Shown here in pieces: positions 48,092 to 60,934 of a stretch of 64,000 nt of DNA. This DNA is from Malacoraja senta (taxonomy: Eukaryota), in NCBI GenBank assembly GCA_038087875.1, contig CM075988.1, positions 3,968,001 through 4,032,000 on the forward strand, given 5' to 3'. Made by a program: the position numbers and the translations under genes. Position 1 is the first letter of the stretch; each line of letters begins with the position of its first letter. The notes under the pieces were generated by a model. It searched no databases and was not told the DNA's origin. It was given only the letters and a program-made list of their open reading frames with translations.

Positions 48092-48882
48092 ACCTGATGA
48101 CTTGGCTCTGGTCTCCTACACTCACAAGCACATGCAGGAAAAAATATCCCGTCTCAGTGACTTTGCACGACAAATTAGCCTGAAGATAAACCAGAACAAA
48201 TCTGAAGTAATGACACTAAACATCCAAAACCCCTTGACAATCCAAGTGAATGGAAACGATGTTCCCATAACTGAGGAGTTGACCTATCTTGGTAGCAAAG
48301 TCAGACACGATGGCGGAGCACACAATGACAACTAGAACCGGCTAAACAAGGCTAGGAATGTTTTCAGAATGCTAAACAATGTACGGAGGTCCCAGCAATA
48401 CAGCACCAAGACCAAGCTGAAGTTATACCAGATCTGTGTCCTCTCCACCCTCCTATATGGCTGGGAATGCTGGAGAATGACAGCGAGCGACATCAACCAG
48501 CTGTCAATCTTCCATCCTATGAACCTGAAAAGAATCCTTAGAATGTTTTGGCCAAACACCATATCCAACCAAGACCTCCTTGCTCAATGGCAACAAGAGA
48601 GCATGGACACCATCATGATGAGAAGGTGCTAGAACTGGATTGGCCATATACCGAGAAGAGAACCAGACAGCATCCCAAGAATAGCCCTGCACTGCACTGA
48701 AGGGAAAAGGAAAAGAGGGAGACCCAAAACCACCTGGCGTCGAACTGTAGAGGAGGAAATGAAAACAATGGACCTGACCTGGGGTAGTGTCCTAAAGCTA
48801 GCCCAGAACAGACAGGAGTGGAGGACCTTCATTGCTGCCCTACATGCCAGGAGGCAGAATAGGCAGTAAGTAAGTAAATAAG
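48092..48882 (+). mobile_element. RTE-clade LINE 3' fragment, (TAAG)n tail
   Basis: DDLALVS...KINQNKSEVM...TYLGS...KTKLKLYQICVLSTLLYGWECW...WIGH...GKRKRGRPKTTWRRTV. Confidence 0.92.
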
Positions 48883-49189
48883 TTTGATTTAAACCAGCAT
48901 CTGCAGTTCCTTCCTACACAATACAGAATATTCTTTGCATATTGAAGTATTACCCAGAGCTAAATCACCCTGATCCAAAATAGTGTCAGCCTATTTCCTC
49001 CTAATACGCCTTTGACAGTGTTTTTGGTTAAAACATGAAGTGCTGGAGCAAGTCTGCAGCTCAGGCAGCATCTACGGAAGGAATGGGCAGGCGGCAATTC
49101 AGCTGGGGATGCTTCTTCATTCTGAAGAAAGGTAATCTGTCCAGTCCCTCCTCTAGTGCTGCCTGACTTGGTGAGTTTCTCCAACCTGT

Positions 49190-49720
49190 TTGTGCATAGG
49201 TTCACTTGCACCTCCTCCAACCTCATCTACTGGATCCGCTGTTCCAGGTGTCAACTTCTCTACATCGCCGAGACCAAGCGCAGGCTCGGCGATCGTTTCG
49301 CTGAACACCTCCGCTCAGTCCGTCTAAACCTACCTGATCTCCTGGTGGCTCAGCACTTCAATTCCCCCTCCCATTCCCACACTGACCTTTCTGTCCTGGG
49401 CCTCCTCCATTAACAGAGTGAGGCCCAGCGCAAATTGGAGGAGCAGCACCTCATATTTCATTTGGGCAGCTTACACCCCAGCGGTATGAACATTGACTTC
49501 TCTAACTTCAAGTGGCCCTTGCTTTCCCTCTCTCTCTGTCCACTCCCCCTTCACAGTTCTCCCACCAGGCCTACTGTCTCCGACTACATTTTATCTCCGT
49601 CCCAACCCCTCCCCTGACATCAGTCTGAAGAAGGGTCTCGACCTGAAACATCATCCATTCCTTCTCTCCAGAGATGCTGCTTGTCCCGCTGAGTTACTGC
49701 AGCTTTTTGTGTCTACCTAT
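49190..49720 (+). mobile_element. Penelope-like element GIY-YIG endonuclease fragment plus pLTR
   Basis: FTCTSSNLIYWIRCSRCQLLYIAETKRRLGDRFAEH...HFNSPSHS...EEQHLIF.LGSLHPSGMN; pLTR follows. Confidence 0.92.
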
Positions 49721-49869
49721 GACTTCCCAACTTCTATACTTAATACTCTGACAGATGAAGCCCAATGCGCTGAAAGCCTTTCTGACCACACTATCTACCC
49801 GTGACGCCAACGTGGGTTATGGACCTCTCCCTCTGTGCTTGCATCAGCCTGAGGTAATTTGACTATCAG

Positions 49870-50280
49870 GCTTGTAGGAAGGAACTACAGAAGCTGGTTT
49901 ACACCGAAGATAGACACAAAATGCTGGAGTAAATCAACGGGACAGGCAGTATCCCTGGAGAGAAGGAATGGATGACGTTTTTGGTCGAAACCCTTCTTCA
50001 GACTGAGAGTCAGGGGAGACATGGAGATAATGGAGAGTAAGGTGGGAAAACGAGACATCAAAGGGAATGCAAATCAAGGAAAATGTAGAATTGTTAGCTA
50101 GGAGAAGGTGACAACGAAGTATACAGAGATAACATTTAATCAGGGGGATTAATCAGGATAATATTTAGTCAGACTGGTCGGTGAACTAGGAAGGAGGAGG
50201 GATGCAGAGAGAGGGAAAGCAAGGGTTACTGAAGTCAATATTCAGCTGGGGTGTAAGCTGCCCAAGCGAAATATGAGGTA
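49870..50280 (-). mobile_element. Penelope-like element 3' fragment
   Basis: Reverse LIFRLGSLHP end plus pLTR. Confidence 0.8.
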
Positions 50281-51062
50281 GGAAGTCATTCTATTTATTG
50301 CCTATTGATTGGTGTGCATTGAAGAGGCTGCCCTATTGTAAACTGAAGATAGACACAAAATGCTGGAGTAACTCATTGGGACAGGCAGCATCTCTGGAAA
50401 GAAGGCATGGGTGACGTTTCCGGTTAAGACGCTTCTACAGGGCGGGTTATAGGTGCTACCCTGGTGATGGACAATCTGGTTCCATCACACACGGAGTTTG
50501 TACGTGGGTTTTCTCTGAGCTCCCCGTGATCTACTTGGGTTTTCTCTGAGAGCTTCAGTTTCCTCCCACACTCCAAAGGTGTACAGGTTTGTAGGTTAAT
50601 TGGCTTGGTAAATGTAAAAATTGTCCCTAGTGGGAGTAGAATAGTGGTAATGTTCGGGGATCGCGGGGTCGGCAGGGACCCGGTGGGCCGAAGGGCCTGT
50701 TTCCGCACTGTATCTCTAAACATACAGCTGGACTGCTGAAAGACTTTGTTGCCACATCCGGAGCTGATTATACCGAGCTGCGACTTATTCTATGTGATGA
50801 ATATAAAGTAGTGGAGGTAGAGGCAAGGTTCGTCCATATGTGCTTGCTAATGTGTGATTATTGAGTGTACACTTAATGTGGTGATGTTTACTGAGAAAAG
50901 TAAACACACACTGCCCAGCCTCTTTATTTCAATCAGCAGTTGTTGCTATTCTAATACGTCTTTATCTCTATCTTAAGCATCTCCTCTGGGTCACTAGAAT
51001 ATTTACTGTGCCAGTGTGTGCCTGAGGAAATCCCTGGGACTTAGAAAACGAATTCTCCTATT

Positions 51063-51368
51063 AGGCGGCACAGTGGTGCAGCGGTAGAGTTGCTGCCTTA
51101 CTGCGCCAGAGACCTGGGTTTGATCCTGACTACAGAGTTCTCCCTGTGACCTGCGTGGGTTTTCTCCAGGGGCTCTGGTTTCCTCCCACACTCCAAAGAC
51201 GTAGAGGTTTGTAGGCTAATTGGCTTGGTTTAATTATAAATTGTCCCTCGTGTGTGCAAGATATGGTGTAGGCGTGCTGGTATCGCTGGTCGGCATGGTC
51301 TCAGTGGGCCGAAGGGCCTGTTTCCTCGCTGTATCTCTGAACGAAACAATAAACAACTAAACTAAACA
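51063..51368 (+). mobile_element. HE1 SINE
   Basis: Head, core, tail. Confidence 0.88.
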
Positions 51369-53059
51369 ATAAGGAAAGGGCAATAAATACTGATCCTGTC
51401 AGGAAGGCCCAAGTACCAGGAGTTAATACTCTGTCAGGCAAAGGCCTTTTCAGCGAGTTGGAATGAAGTTCTGTTAGATCTGCTCTCAAATTCCATCCAC
51501 CTGCTTTTACTTGTCTCATTCCCTCTTCTCTCCCCCCCCCCCTCCCCCCCCCTCCATCAGGCAAGAGGTACAGAAGTGTGAAAACACACACCTCCGTATT
51601 CAGGGGCAAAGACATTAATGGGCTTCAGTAAAATTGTACATTTTCCCTGGTGTGTGTAGGACAGTGCCAGTGTACGGGGTGATCGCTGGTCGGTGCGGGC
51701 TCAGTGGGCCGAAGGGACAGTTTCTGCGCTGTATCTCTAAAGTCTAAAGTCTAGAGGTCATGTTCGGTCCGTTATCATACATTGTCTCTTGGGTTCCTCA
51801 TCTCTATCAACTCTTTCTATGACCTTGAGGCTTTCAGAGATAGTTCAGTGGTTCAATGGTGTCACATGTACCTGCATAGTGAAATTGTTTTTTGTATATT
51901 TACATATGCGGGCACCACCATGTTTCGGCACCATTTCCAAAGTCTAAAGTCCAGTCCGCCCACACACTCGTCTACTGGATTTGGCTTCTGTAACATTGTC
52001 CGTACTGTATAGGGTACTACTAGTGTACGGGGAGATCACTGGTCGTCGCAGACTCGGTGGGTCGAACAGGCTGTTTCCATGCTGTACCTCTACACTAAAT
52101 GTACTCTCTGCATGTATTTGTAAATCTTTGAGTATCTCGAATACATACTTTCTAACTATTTCAGTAATCTGCAACTTCTAATATGAAGTGTACACGTACA
52201 TTCCATTTGTACTCTTGCCCCTTGAGCAATACTGCCCTCAATACCAAATCACACGCCCCTCAGCACCATGACGGCGAATATGTATCTTTTTAGCGATATC
52301 TTTTCTCCCTTATAATCTGGTTCCTCAGTTGCACCTCTATTGGCTTTTTTAATGCATTTTTTCTGCATATGCTGCCTACAATTTAGCAATATAAGTGTGT
52401 AAACCCCCAAAATGACCCCACTATTCCTACATTTTCACACCTACGTAATCGTTGGATAGATCAGCTTGTTCCAAATTAAACGACATTATGTATACTGCAC
52501 GTCGCTACTTTGATATATATCTGCAGAGATTTACACATTCACTTATCAATGGGTCCATATTTTATATGTTACATTTTATATATGTGCCGTCGGCATGTTT
52601 GAATATATAGCTCCATATTGCTCTATCATTGGAAAACACATTAAATAATTAAAGGCCGGTCACAGACAATTGTGCACACAGGAGGCTTTTTTCCTTCGCG
52701 AGTATATGTCTCCATTGTATCTCGTAAATTAGTTACAAAGCGTAAAAACATAAACCAAAAAGGAAGGGCAATTCTTCAAGCTGACATCAGGATTCTTGGG
52801 AGAATTCGCAGGGTTGAGAAGTGGAACATCAGTGGACAAAGTTGGAAGGATCATTGTTTATAATCCACAGAGAGGGGATGGTTTGGTTAACGTGCGAAAG
52901 GTAAAAACCTTGCAATCAAAGCATCCGTCACGGCTTCAAGACGTCCCAGTGCGTTGGCACTCAATCAATCATTGCAACACGAGAAAACGCAGACGTAGTT
53001 TCGGTCCAGTGAAGTTCCAGGAAGAATAAATAAAGTGGGTGAATTAATGACACAAATAT

Positions 53060-53452
53060 AAATAAGTAGTTATCGACTTCAGGAAGCCTGGTGCAGTACT
53101 TGGCCCAATCAGCATCAACGGTGCTGAAGTGGAAAGACTATAGTTGAGAGCTTCAAATTCCTTGGCAGAATTATTGCCAACTGCATTGAAACGACAGCTA
53201 AGAAAGCATGCCACCTCCACCTCCTCATGCGACTGGGGAAACTTGGCCTGCCTCCGATGACACTTACAAATTCCTCCAGAATGCAAACTGTTGGGTTGCA
53301 TCATTACTTGGTTTGAGAATAGCTCTGCCCAAGGCCGCAAGAAATTGCAGAGACTCGTGGATGTAGATCCATCCATCACCCAGACCAGACTTCCCATCAG
53401 TGACTCCATCCACACCACACATTGCCTCAGGAGAGCAGCCAGCATAATCCAA
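53060..53452 (+). mobile_element. Rex1/Babar RT C-terminal fragment
   Basis: VIDFRKPGAVLGPISINGAEVER..ESFKFLG; GCIITWF..KKLQRLV. Confidence 0.8.
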
Positions 53453-53609
53453 AATAGACACAAAATGTTGGAGTCACTCAGCGGGACAGGCAGCATCTCT
53501 GGATAGAAGGAATGGGTGACGTTTCGGGTCGAGACCCTTCTTCGACCCAAAACATCACACCCTTCCTTCTATCCAGAGATGCTGCCTGTTCCGCTGAGTT
53601 ACTCCAGAA

Positions 53610-54150
53610 TTCTGTGTTCAGTTCTGGGCACCATGTTATTGGTAAGAAATTCTCAAGCTGGAAAGGGTACTGTGAAGATTTACGAGGATGTTGTCAGGAC
53701 TAGAGGGTCTGAGCTATAGGGAGAGGTTGAATCGGCTGGGATGCTATTCCTTGGAGTACAGGAGAATGAGTGGTGACCTTATAGATGTGTATAAAATCAT
53801 GAGAAGAATAGATCGGGTAGATGCACAGAGTCTCCTGCCCAGAGTAGGTGAAACGAGGACCAGAAGACATAGGTTTAAGATTAAGGGGAAAAAATGTCAT
53901 AGGAATCTGAGGGGTGACTTTTTCACATAAAGGGTGGTGGGTGTATGGAACAAGCTGCCAGAGGAGGTAGTTGAGGCTGGGACTATCCCAAACATTTAAG
54001 AAACAGTGAGACAGGTACATGGATAGGACAGGTTTGGAGAGATATGGACCAAACGCGGGCAGGTGGGACTAGTGTAGCTGGGACATGTTGATGGTATGGG
54101 CAAGTTGGGCTGATGGGCCTGTTTCTACGCTGTATCACTCTATGAGTCTA
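53610..54150 (+). mobile_element. CR1/HER1 LINE 3' fragment
   Basis: VQFWAPCY...GLEGLSYRERLNRLG...WNKLPEEVVEAG. Confidence 0.9.
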
Positions 54151-54287
54151 TGTTCCATATCATTGTTACAGGAGAGGCCAAACCCCAGCATCACTGGTAA
54201 CTGCTGGGACCAGTTCGCTGATACTGGTGTGGCCACTTGAACCTTGCCAGGCTATTCCCTATAAAAAAAACAGGCATTCTAGCCTGA

Positions 54288-54588
54288 GAGAAGGGAGAGG
54301 GTGAGGGAAGAAGGAAGAAGAAGGAAGAATGAGGAAGAATGAGGGTAGAGGGTAGAGGGAGAAGGGAGGAGTGAGAGGCGAAGAGGGGAAGAGAGGAAGA
54401 GGGGAAGAGGGGAAGAGAGGAAGAGGGGAAGAGGGAAAGAGGGAAAGAGGGGAAGAGGGGAAGAGGGAAAGAGGGGAACAGGGGAAGAGGGGAAGAGGGA
54501 AAGAGGGGAACAGGGGAAGAGGGGAAGAGGGAAAGAGGGGAACAGGGGAAGAGGGGAAGAGGGAAAGAGGGGAACAGGGGAAGAGGGG
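54288..54588. repeat. Polypurine (GGGGAAGA)n-type repeat
   Basis: Visible. Confidence 0.95.
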
Positions 54589-55669
54589 CACCTCCCTCGC
54601 TGTGTTCAATTGTTACAGGATCGATGAAGACTGAGCCACTGGGACAAACTAAAGATGACCAGCACCACCATGTGGTCACAGAGTAGCTGTCGGGAAGGAA
54701 CTCTAGACAGCCAACGCCTCTTGTGAAGCTAAGACTGAGTGGCCTGGGAAGCCTGAGATGCCATTGCCTCTTCCTGCCCATGGTCAACAAGGGACAGTGC
54801 CCACACACACACACACACACACACACAGCCACCAGGATAATCCAGAGACCACCAGCTCTACCTCTTCAAGCCCAGAGCTGAGCCGCCAGGATAAACCTGT
54901 CACCGCCAGCGCCTCCTCTTGAGGCAAGGGTGAACTGCAGGTAGAAGCCTGAGATCACCAGGCCTGGTCCTTCGAGACCAGGACTGAGCTGCCGGGACAA
55001 GCCCAAGATCACCAGCGCCTCACCACACATGCACCCTGACGATGAGTGACAGCACCCCCATGTGGTCCTGGACTTTCTTACCGCAGAAGTAAAACATATC
55101 CCATGAGTTCACCCTACTGCGAGTGTCGGTGTGGTCACTACTGAACCTAGCATCATCCCCGCCCCCACAGTACACAAAGCTTTTCATATGTCAATAAGTT
55201 TCAGTTTCAGTTCAGTTTATTGTCACGTGTACCGAGGTACAGTGAAAAGCTTTTGCTGCATGCTAACCAGTCAGCGGAAAGACAATACATGATTACAATC
55301 GAGCCATTTACAGTGGATAAGGGAATAACACGATAAGGGAATAACGTTTAGTTCAAGGTGAAGCCAGCAATGTCCAATCACAGGTAGTCCGAGGGTCACC
55401 AATGAGGTCGAAAGTAGTTCAGCACTGCTCTCTGGTTGTGGTGGGATAAATCTAAACACAGTGGGTGCTGTTTACTGAGATGGCTGTGTCAGGAATCATG
55501 TGTCCCTCTGTTAGAAGAGCTAAGTAACATGAAGAAAGAGGAAGGGTAGCTTTGATAATAAATAAAAGATCAAGGTTGTCGAGAGGACAGGCATTAGCAC
55601 ATGAGATTAGTGTTGAATAAGGACTAAGAAGAATCAGTCTGAGTGTGAGTATAAAATGGAAAGGCAGAC

Positions 55670-55850
55670 ACATTAGCCTAAACCTGAAAGTCTTTGGAAA
55701 GTGGGAGGAAACTGGAGCACCTGGAGAAAACCCACACAGGTCATGGGGAGAAAGTACAAACTCCATACAGACAGCACCCGAGGTCAGGATCGAACCCGGG
55801 GTCTCTGGCGCTGTAACGCAGCAGGTTTACCGCTGCGCCACCGTGCCGCC
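55670..55850 (-). mobile_element. HE1 SINE 5' part
   Basis: Reverse GGCGGCACGGTGGCGCAGCGG head and B-box. Confidence 0.85.
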
Positions 55851-55922
55851 AGACTCAGTCCTGGTCTCGAAGGAGGAGGTGTGGCTTATCCTAGGCTTCT
55901 CACCGAATAGATCGTGCAATCC

Positions 55923-56375
55923 CAATAGACAATAGACAATAGACAATAGACAATAGGTGCAGGAGCAGGCCATTCGGACCCTTCGAGCCAGCACCGCCAT
56001 TCAATGTGATCATGGCTGATCATCCCCAATCAGTACCCCGTTCTGCCTTCTCCCATATCCCCTGACCGCTACTTTTAAGAGCCCTATCTAGCTCTCTCTT
56101 GAAAGCATCCAGAGAACCTGCCTCCACCGCCCTCTGAGGCAGAGAATTCCACACTCACCACTCTCTGTGAGAAAAAGTGTTTCCTCGTCTTCGTTCTAAA
56201 TGGCTTACTCCTTATTCTTAAACTGTGGCCCCTGGTTCTGGACTCCCCCAATATCAGGAACATGTTTCCTGCCTCTAGTGTGTCCAAGCCTTAACGGTCT
56301 TATATGTTTTCAATGAGATACCCTCTCATCCTTCTCAACTCCAGTATACAAGCCCTGGCAGCTCCATTCTCTCAG
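55923..56375 (-). mobile_element. CR1 3' fragment with (TATTGTC)n tail
   Basis: caatagac repeats; GESRTRGHSLRIR...FFSQRVV. Confidence 0.88.
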
Positions 56376-56844
56376 TCCCAAATTAGCAATGACACATGGA
56401 GGATGAATTGTAAAAGTGTGTAGACGATGCTTTCTCTGAATCAGTGCATTGAGGGGTCAGTAGGGAACAGTGTACTTTAGATCCTGCATTGTTCACTGTG
56501 ACAGGGGTTAGTGATGACCATGTAGTTAAGAAGCCTTTAGGGAAGATGATCATAATATGATAGAAATTTAACATTATGATTACAAATGTTTCATTCAATC
56601 TAAAACTGGGGAATTAGAATGAAACAAAGCAAACTCTAAAGAATGAGGCAAGATCTGTCCATGGCATAATGAGAACGAGCATTCAAATGTATCACAGTGG
56701 ACAACCAATGGCTAATATTTAAAACTTTAATATGTTGTTTATAACAAAAATATATTCTTTTCAGACATAAAAACCCAAGAGGGAAGGTGACCTGACTAGG
56801 GCTAACACAGGAAGTTTAAATACTGTATTAAATCTAGATCAAGG

Positions 56845-57147
56845 GTGGCATGGTGGTGCAGCGGTAGAGTTGCTGCCTTACAGTGCCAGACCCAGGTTTC
56901 GATTCTGACTACGGGTGCTGTCTGTGTGGAGTTTGTATGTTCTCGCCCGTGACATGCATGGGTTTTTTTCCAAGTGCCCTGGTTTCCTCCCACAATCCAA
57001 AGACAAACTGGTTTGCAGGTGAGTTGACTTGTTAAAATAGTAAATGGCCTCTAGTGTGTAGGATAGTGTAAATGCATGGAGATCGCTGGTCGCGCGGACT
57101 CGACGGGCCGAAGGGCCTGTTTCCGCACTGTATCCCTAAACTAAATT
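56845..57147 (+). mobile_element. HE1 SINE, full length
   Basis: Head, core, tail. Confidence 0.88.
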
Positions 57148-57705
57148 ATAATCAAAGGAAAAGATGAAAAAGAGCAGTAACCATGAAGATTGGGAACTTT
57201 TCTGATTTCAACTTTCAGCTGATTGTAATCATGTATTATCTTTCCGCTGACTGGTTAGCACACAACAAACGCTGCCCACTGTACCTCGGTACACGTGACA
57301 ATAAACTAAACTGAAAGGACCAAAGTCTTGATTTCAAAAGGGAAATTAGTCAGGAGTGTAATCTGCCAAAGAAAATTAAAACCACTCTGTTGAAGCTTAA
57401 ACAGGTATCGTTACAAAGAAAAGGTCTGACTGGTCTATTGGAAGTACATTCTTCACCCTCCGCGAGCGCATATCATGGGATATTCTCTAAGTGCAGAAGG
57501 ATCTTTTTTTAACATCATCATTGAAAGATGCCATAGTCATAGTGTCTTTACAGTGTGGAAACTGGCCCTTCGGCCCACCCAGGCCATGCCCACCCAGGCC
57601 CATGCCGACCAACGATCACCCCGGATGTTAGCACGATCCTACACACTAGCGACAATTCACCAGAAGCCAATGAACTTACAAAACCTGTACGTCTTTGGAG
57701 TGTGG

Positions 57706-58150
57706 GACACAGCCCAGACCATCACACAAACCAACCTCCCTTCTATTGACTTCCATTTACACCTCGGCAAGGCCAGCAGCATAATCAAGGACAAGTCGCA
57801 CCCTGGCCACTCCCTCTTCTCCCCTCTCCCATCAGGCAAAAGATATAGAAGTGTGAAAACGCACACCTCCACATTCAGGGACAGTTTTTTCCCAGCTGTA
57901 ATCAGGCAACAGAATCATCCTACCACAACCAGAGAGCAGTGCTGAACTACTATCTACCTCATTGATGACGCTCAAACTATCCTTGATCAGACTTTGCTGA
58001 TCTGTACCTTGTGGTAAACGATATTCCCTTCCCTTGTATCTATGCACTGTAAATGGATCGATTGTAATGATGTCTTTCTGCTGACTGGTTAGCACGCCAC
58101 AAAAGCTTTTCACTGTACCTCAGTACACGTGATAATAAACTGAGCTAAAC
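57706..58150 (+). mobile_element. Rex1/Babar 3' end nested in a reverse HE1 SINE
   Basis: TAQTITQTNLPSID...SFFPAVIRQ; SINE pieces at approx. 57545-57705 and 58150-58295. Confidence 0.82.
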
Positions 58151-59314
58151 TGGAGGAAACCGGACACTTGGAGAAAACCTATGTTGTCACGGTGGGAATG
58201 TACAAACTCAGTACAGACAGCAACTGTAGTCAGGATCGAACCTGGACTCTGGCACTGTGAGGCAGCAGCTCTACCGCTCTGCCACTGTGCGCACCCTAAG
58301 AGTCATAGTCATACAGAACAGAAACAGGCTCTTCGGCCCGAACTCGTCCATGCCGACCCAGACCTAAGCTAGTCCCATTTGCCTGGATCTCTCTAATCCC
58401 TCTACCCATGTACCTGCCCAAGTGTCTTTTAAATCTCACACTGCCTCAACTACCTCCTGTGGCAGCTCAGTCCACCCACCCGCCACCCTCTGAGTGTGTC
58501 TAATGGGCCGATGAAGGGAAGTTCAAACACTATTAGCTGCATTAACGCTGCAAATCAAACGAACATAAGGAGGTGGAGGAAGCAGATGCAATCTTGTGAA
58601 AAATAAACTTAGAACAGACATCAGGGAGAATGGGGAGATTGGGGAGAATTGGGAATCAGGGAGATATCAAAAGGTAAAATTGTGTTTGGAATAATTTGTC
58701 AAGCGGAAGCCGAAAGACCCGAGAATCAGGGCTTTGCAGGTGACGATGAACTAGGAGGCAGTGGCTCCGATTGTCTGAATGACCCGTTTTTATCCCTGAA
58801 TCTTCCCACTGAGCATTGTATTTGTTCATCGAAACTGATGTGTGTTCAAACCCTGCTGGAATGTTGTGCCTAACATGCTTCACATTAAAGAGCAAATATA
58901 GGCATTATGAACATTATAGACGTGATATACTGTAATTATTGCGAGGCATAGCACCTTGGTGACATGGATAGACCTGGAGAATGGGTTATTCTCATTTGAA
59001 CAGAGAAGGCTGAGGAAACTGGATGGAGGTATTTAAAATCATAATGTCTTTGAGGCAGAGCCAATAAACACAATAGTTAAAGGGTCGTTAACGAGAGCTA
59101 AAATATTTTTTGTGACTGTTAAAATACTCTGTGGTAATATAAGGAAAGTGCAAATTACAAATTGTTAGGCTAAGCTGATGATAGTCATATGGAAAAAGAT
59201 TAATCTGAGAGTGTGTAGGAAGGAACTGCAGATGCTGGTTTAAACCGAAGATAGACACAAAATGCTGGAGTAACCTAGCAGGAAAGTCAGCATCTCTGGA
59301 GAGACGGAATAGGT

Positions 59315-59342
59315 GACGTTTCGGGTCGAGACCCTTCTTCAG
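59315..59342 (-). ncRNA. Minimal hammerhead ribozyme core
   Basis: Reverse complement CTGAAGAAGGGTCTCGACCCGAAACGTC. Confidence 0.6.
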
Positions 59343-59409
59343 ATCAGCCTGAAAAAGATGGCTCTGGAGAGGGTCCAGAGGAGGTTGACGAGAATGATCC
59401 CTGGAGTGA

Positions 59410-59886
59410 CTGTCCATCGTTCTAGGTGTCAGCTGCTCAACATCGGTGAGACCAAGTGTAGGCTTGGCGATCGCTTCGCCCAACACCACCGCTTAGTTCG
59501 CAATAACCAACCTGATCTCCTGGTGGCTCAGCACTTCAACTCCCCCTCCCATTCCGAATCTGACCTTTCTGTCCTTGGCCTCCTGCATGGCCAGAGTGAG
59601 GCCCAGCGTAAATTGGAGGAGCAGCACCTCATACTTTGCTTGGGTAGTTTACACCCCAGCGGTATGAACATTGACCTCCAATTTCAGGTAGTCCCTGCTT
59701 TCTCCCTCTTTCCCCTCCCCTTCCCAGCTCTCCCGCAGCCCACTGTCTCCGCCTCTTCCTTTCTTCTTCCCGCGCCCCCCCACCCCACATCAGTCTGAAG
59801 AAGGGTCTCGACCCGAAACGTCGCCTATTTCCTTCGCTCCATAGATGCTGCCTCACCCGCTGAGTTTCTCCAGCATTTTCGTCTAC
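59410..59886 (+). mobile_element. Penelope-like GIY-YIG fragment plus pLTR, inserted in CR1
   Basis: SRCQLLNIGETKCRLGDRFAQH...HFNSPSHSESDLSVLGLLH..RKLEEQHLI..LGSLHPSGMNID. Confidence 0.92.
59795..59822 (+). ncRNA. Minimal hammerhead ribozyme core downstream of the GIY-YIG ORF
   Basis: CTGAAGA A GGGT CTCG ACCC GAAA CG TC, same strand as the Penelope ORF. Confidence 0.65.
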
Positions 59887-60603
59887 CAGGAATGATTGGG
59901 TTAACATATAATGATCGTTTGAGGGCACTGGGCCTGTGTTCGCTGGAGTTTAGAAGGCGGTGCTGGCTCGAAGGGCCGAATGGCCTACTCCTGCACCTAT
60001 GGTCTATTTCATTGTAAGTGAAAAGTGAAAGGCCTGAATATAGAGGATGTGGAGTGGATTTTTCCACAAGTGAAGAGAGTTTATTGTCACGTGTCCCAGA
60101 TAGGACAATAACATTCTTGCTGCAGCACAACACAATAGGTAAACACAGTACATAACGGGAGATATAGCACATAGTAGATTGTGGGAGAATCAAGGGTCAG
60201 AGGCCATAGCTGCAGAATAAAAGGAGATGAGGAGGAATTTCTTTATTCAGAGGCTGGTGTGAATCTGTGGAATTCATTGCCACAGGCCGTCCATGGATAT
60301 TTTTAAGGACAGATGGGCAGATTCTTGATTTGTACGGGTGTCAGGGGTTATGGGGGAGAAGGGAGGAGAATGGGGTTGAGAGAGAAGATCGATCAGCCAT
60401 AGTGGATATAGGATGTAGTACGTACTATGTAGAAAGTGGATTAGATGATGGGCTGAACGGCCTAATCCTGCTCCCATGACTGAAGAACATGAACTTATGA
60501 GAGCATCAGAAGAGGATCAGGTGTATGCTTGGAGGAGGGAAGCTATTACGAGATGGGTTTGCGGGAGGATGGGGAGGGAAAGTTGTATTACTGTTCACAA
60601 CTG

Positions 60604-60890
60604 GGGCGGCACAGTGATGCAGCAGGTAGAGCTGCTACCTCACAGCGCCAGAGCTCCTCAAGTCTGTCTGTGTGGAGTTTGTACGTTTACCCTGTGACCG
60701 CGTGGGCTTCCTCCGGGTGCACCGTTTCCCCCCCCCACATCCCAAAGGAGTGCGGGCTTGCAGCTTAATTGGTCTCTGTAAAATTGCCCCCTAGTGTGTA
60801 GGGAGTGGGATGAGAAGTGGGATAACACAGATGTTCGGTGTGGACTCAGTGGGCCGAAGGGCCTGTTTCCATGCTGCATCTGTAAACTAA
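60604..60890 (+). mobile_element. HE1-like SINE
   Basis: Head, core, tail. Confidence 0.82.
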
Positions 60891-60934
60891 ATTAATCTTT
60901 GTGTCGGCTATCCCATGACTCTGCCTCACCCATG

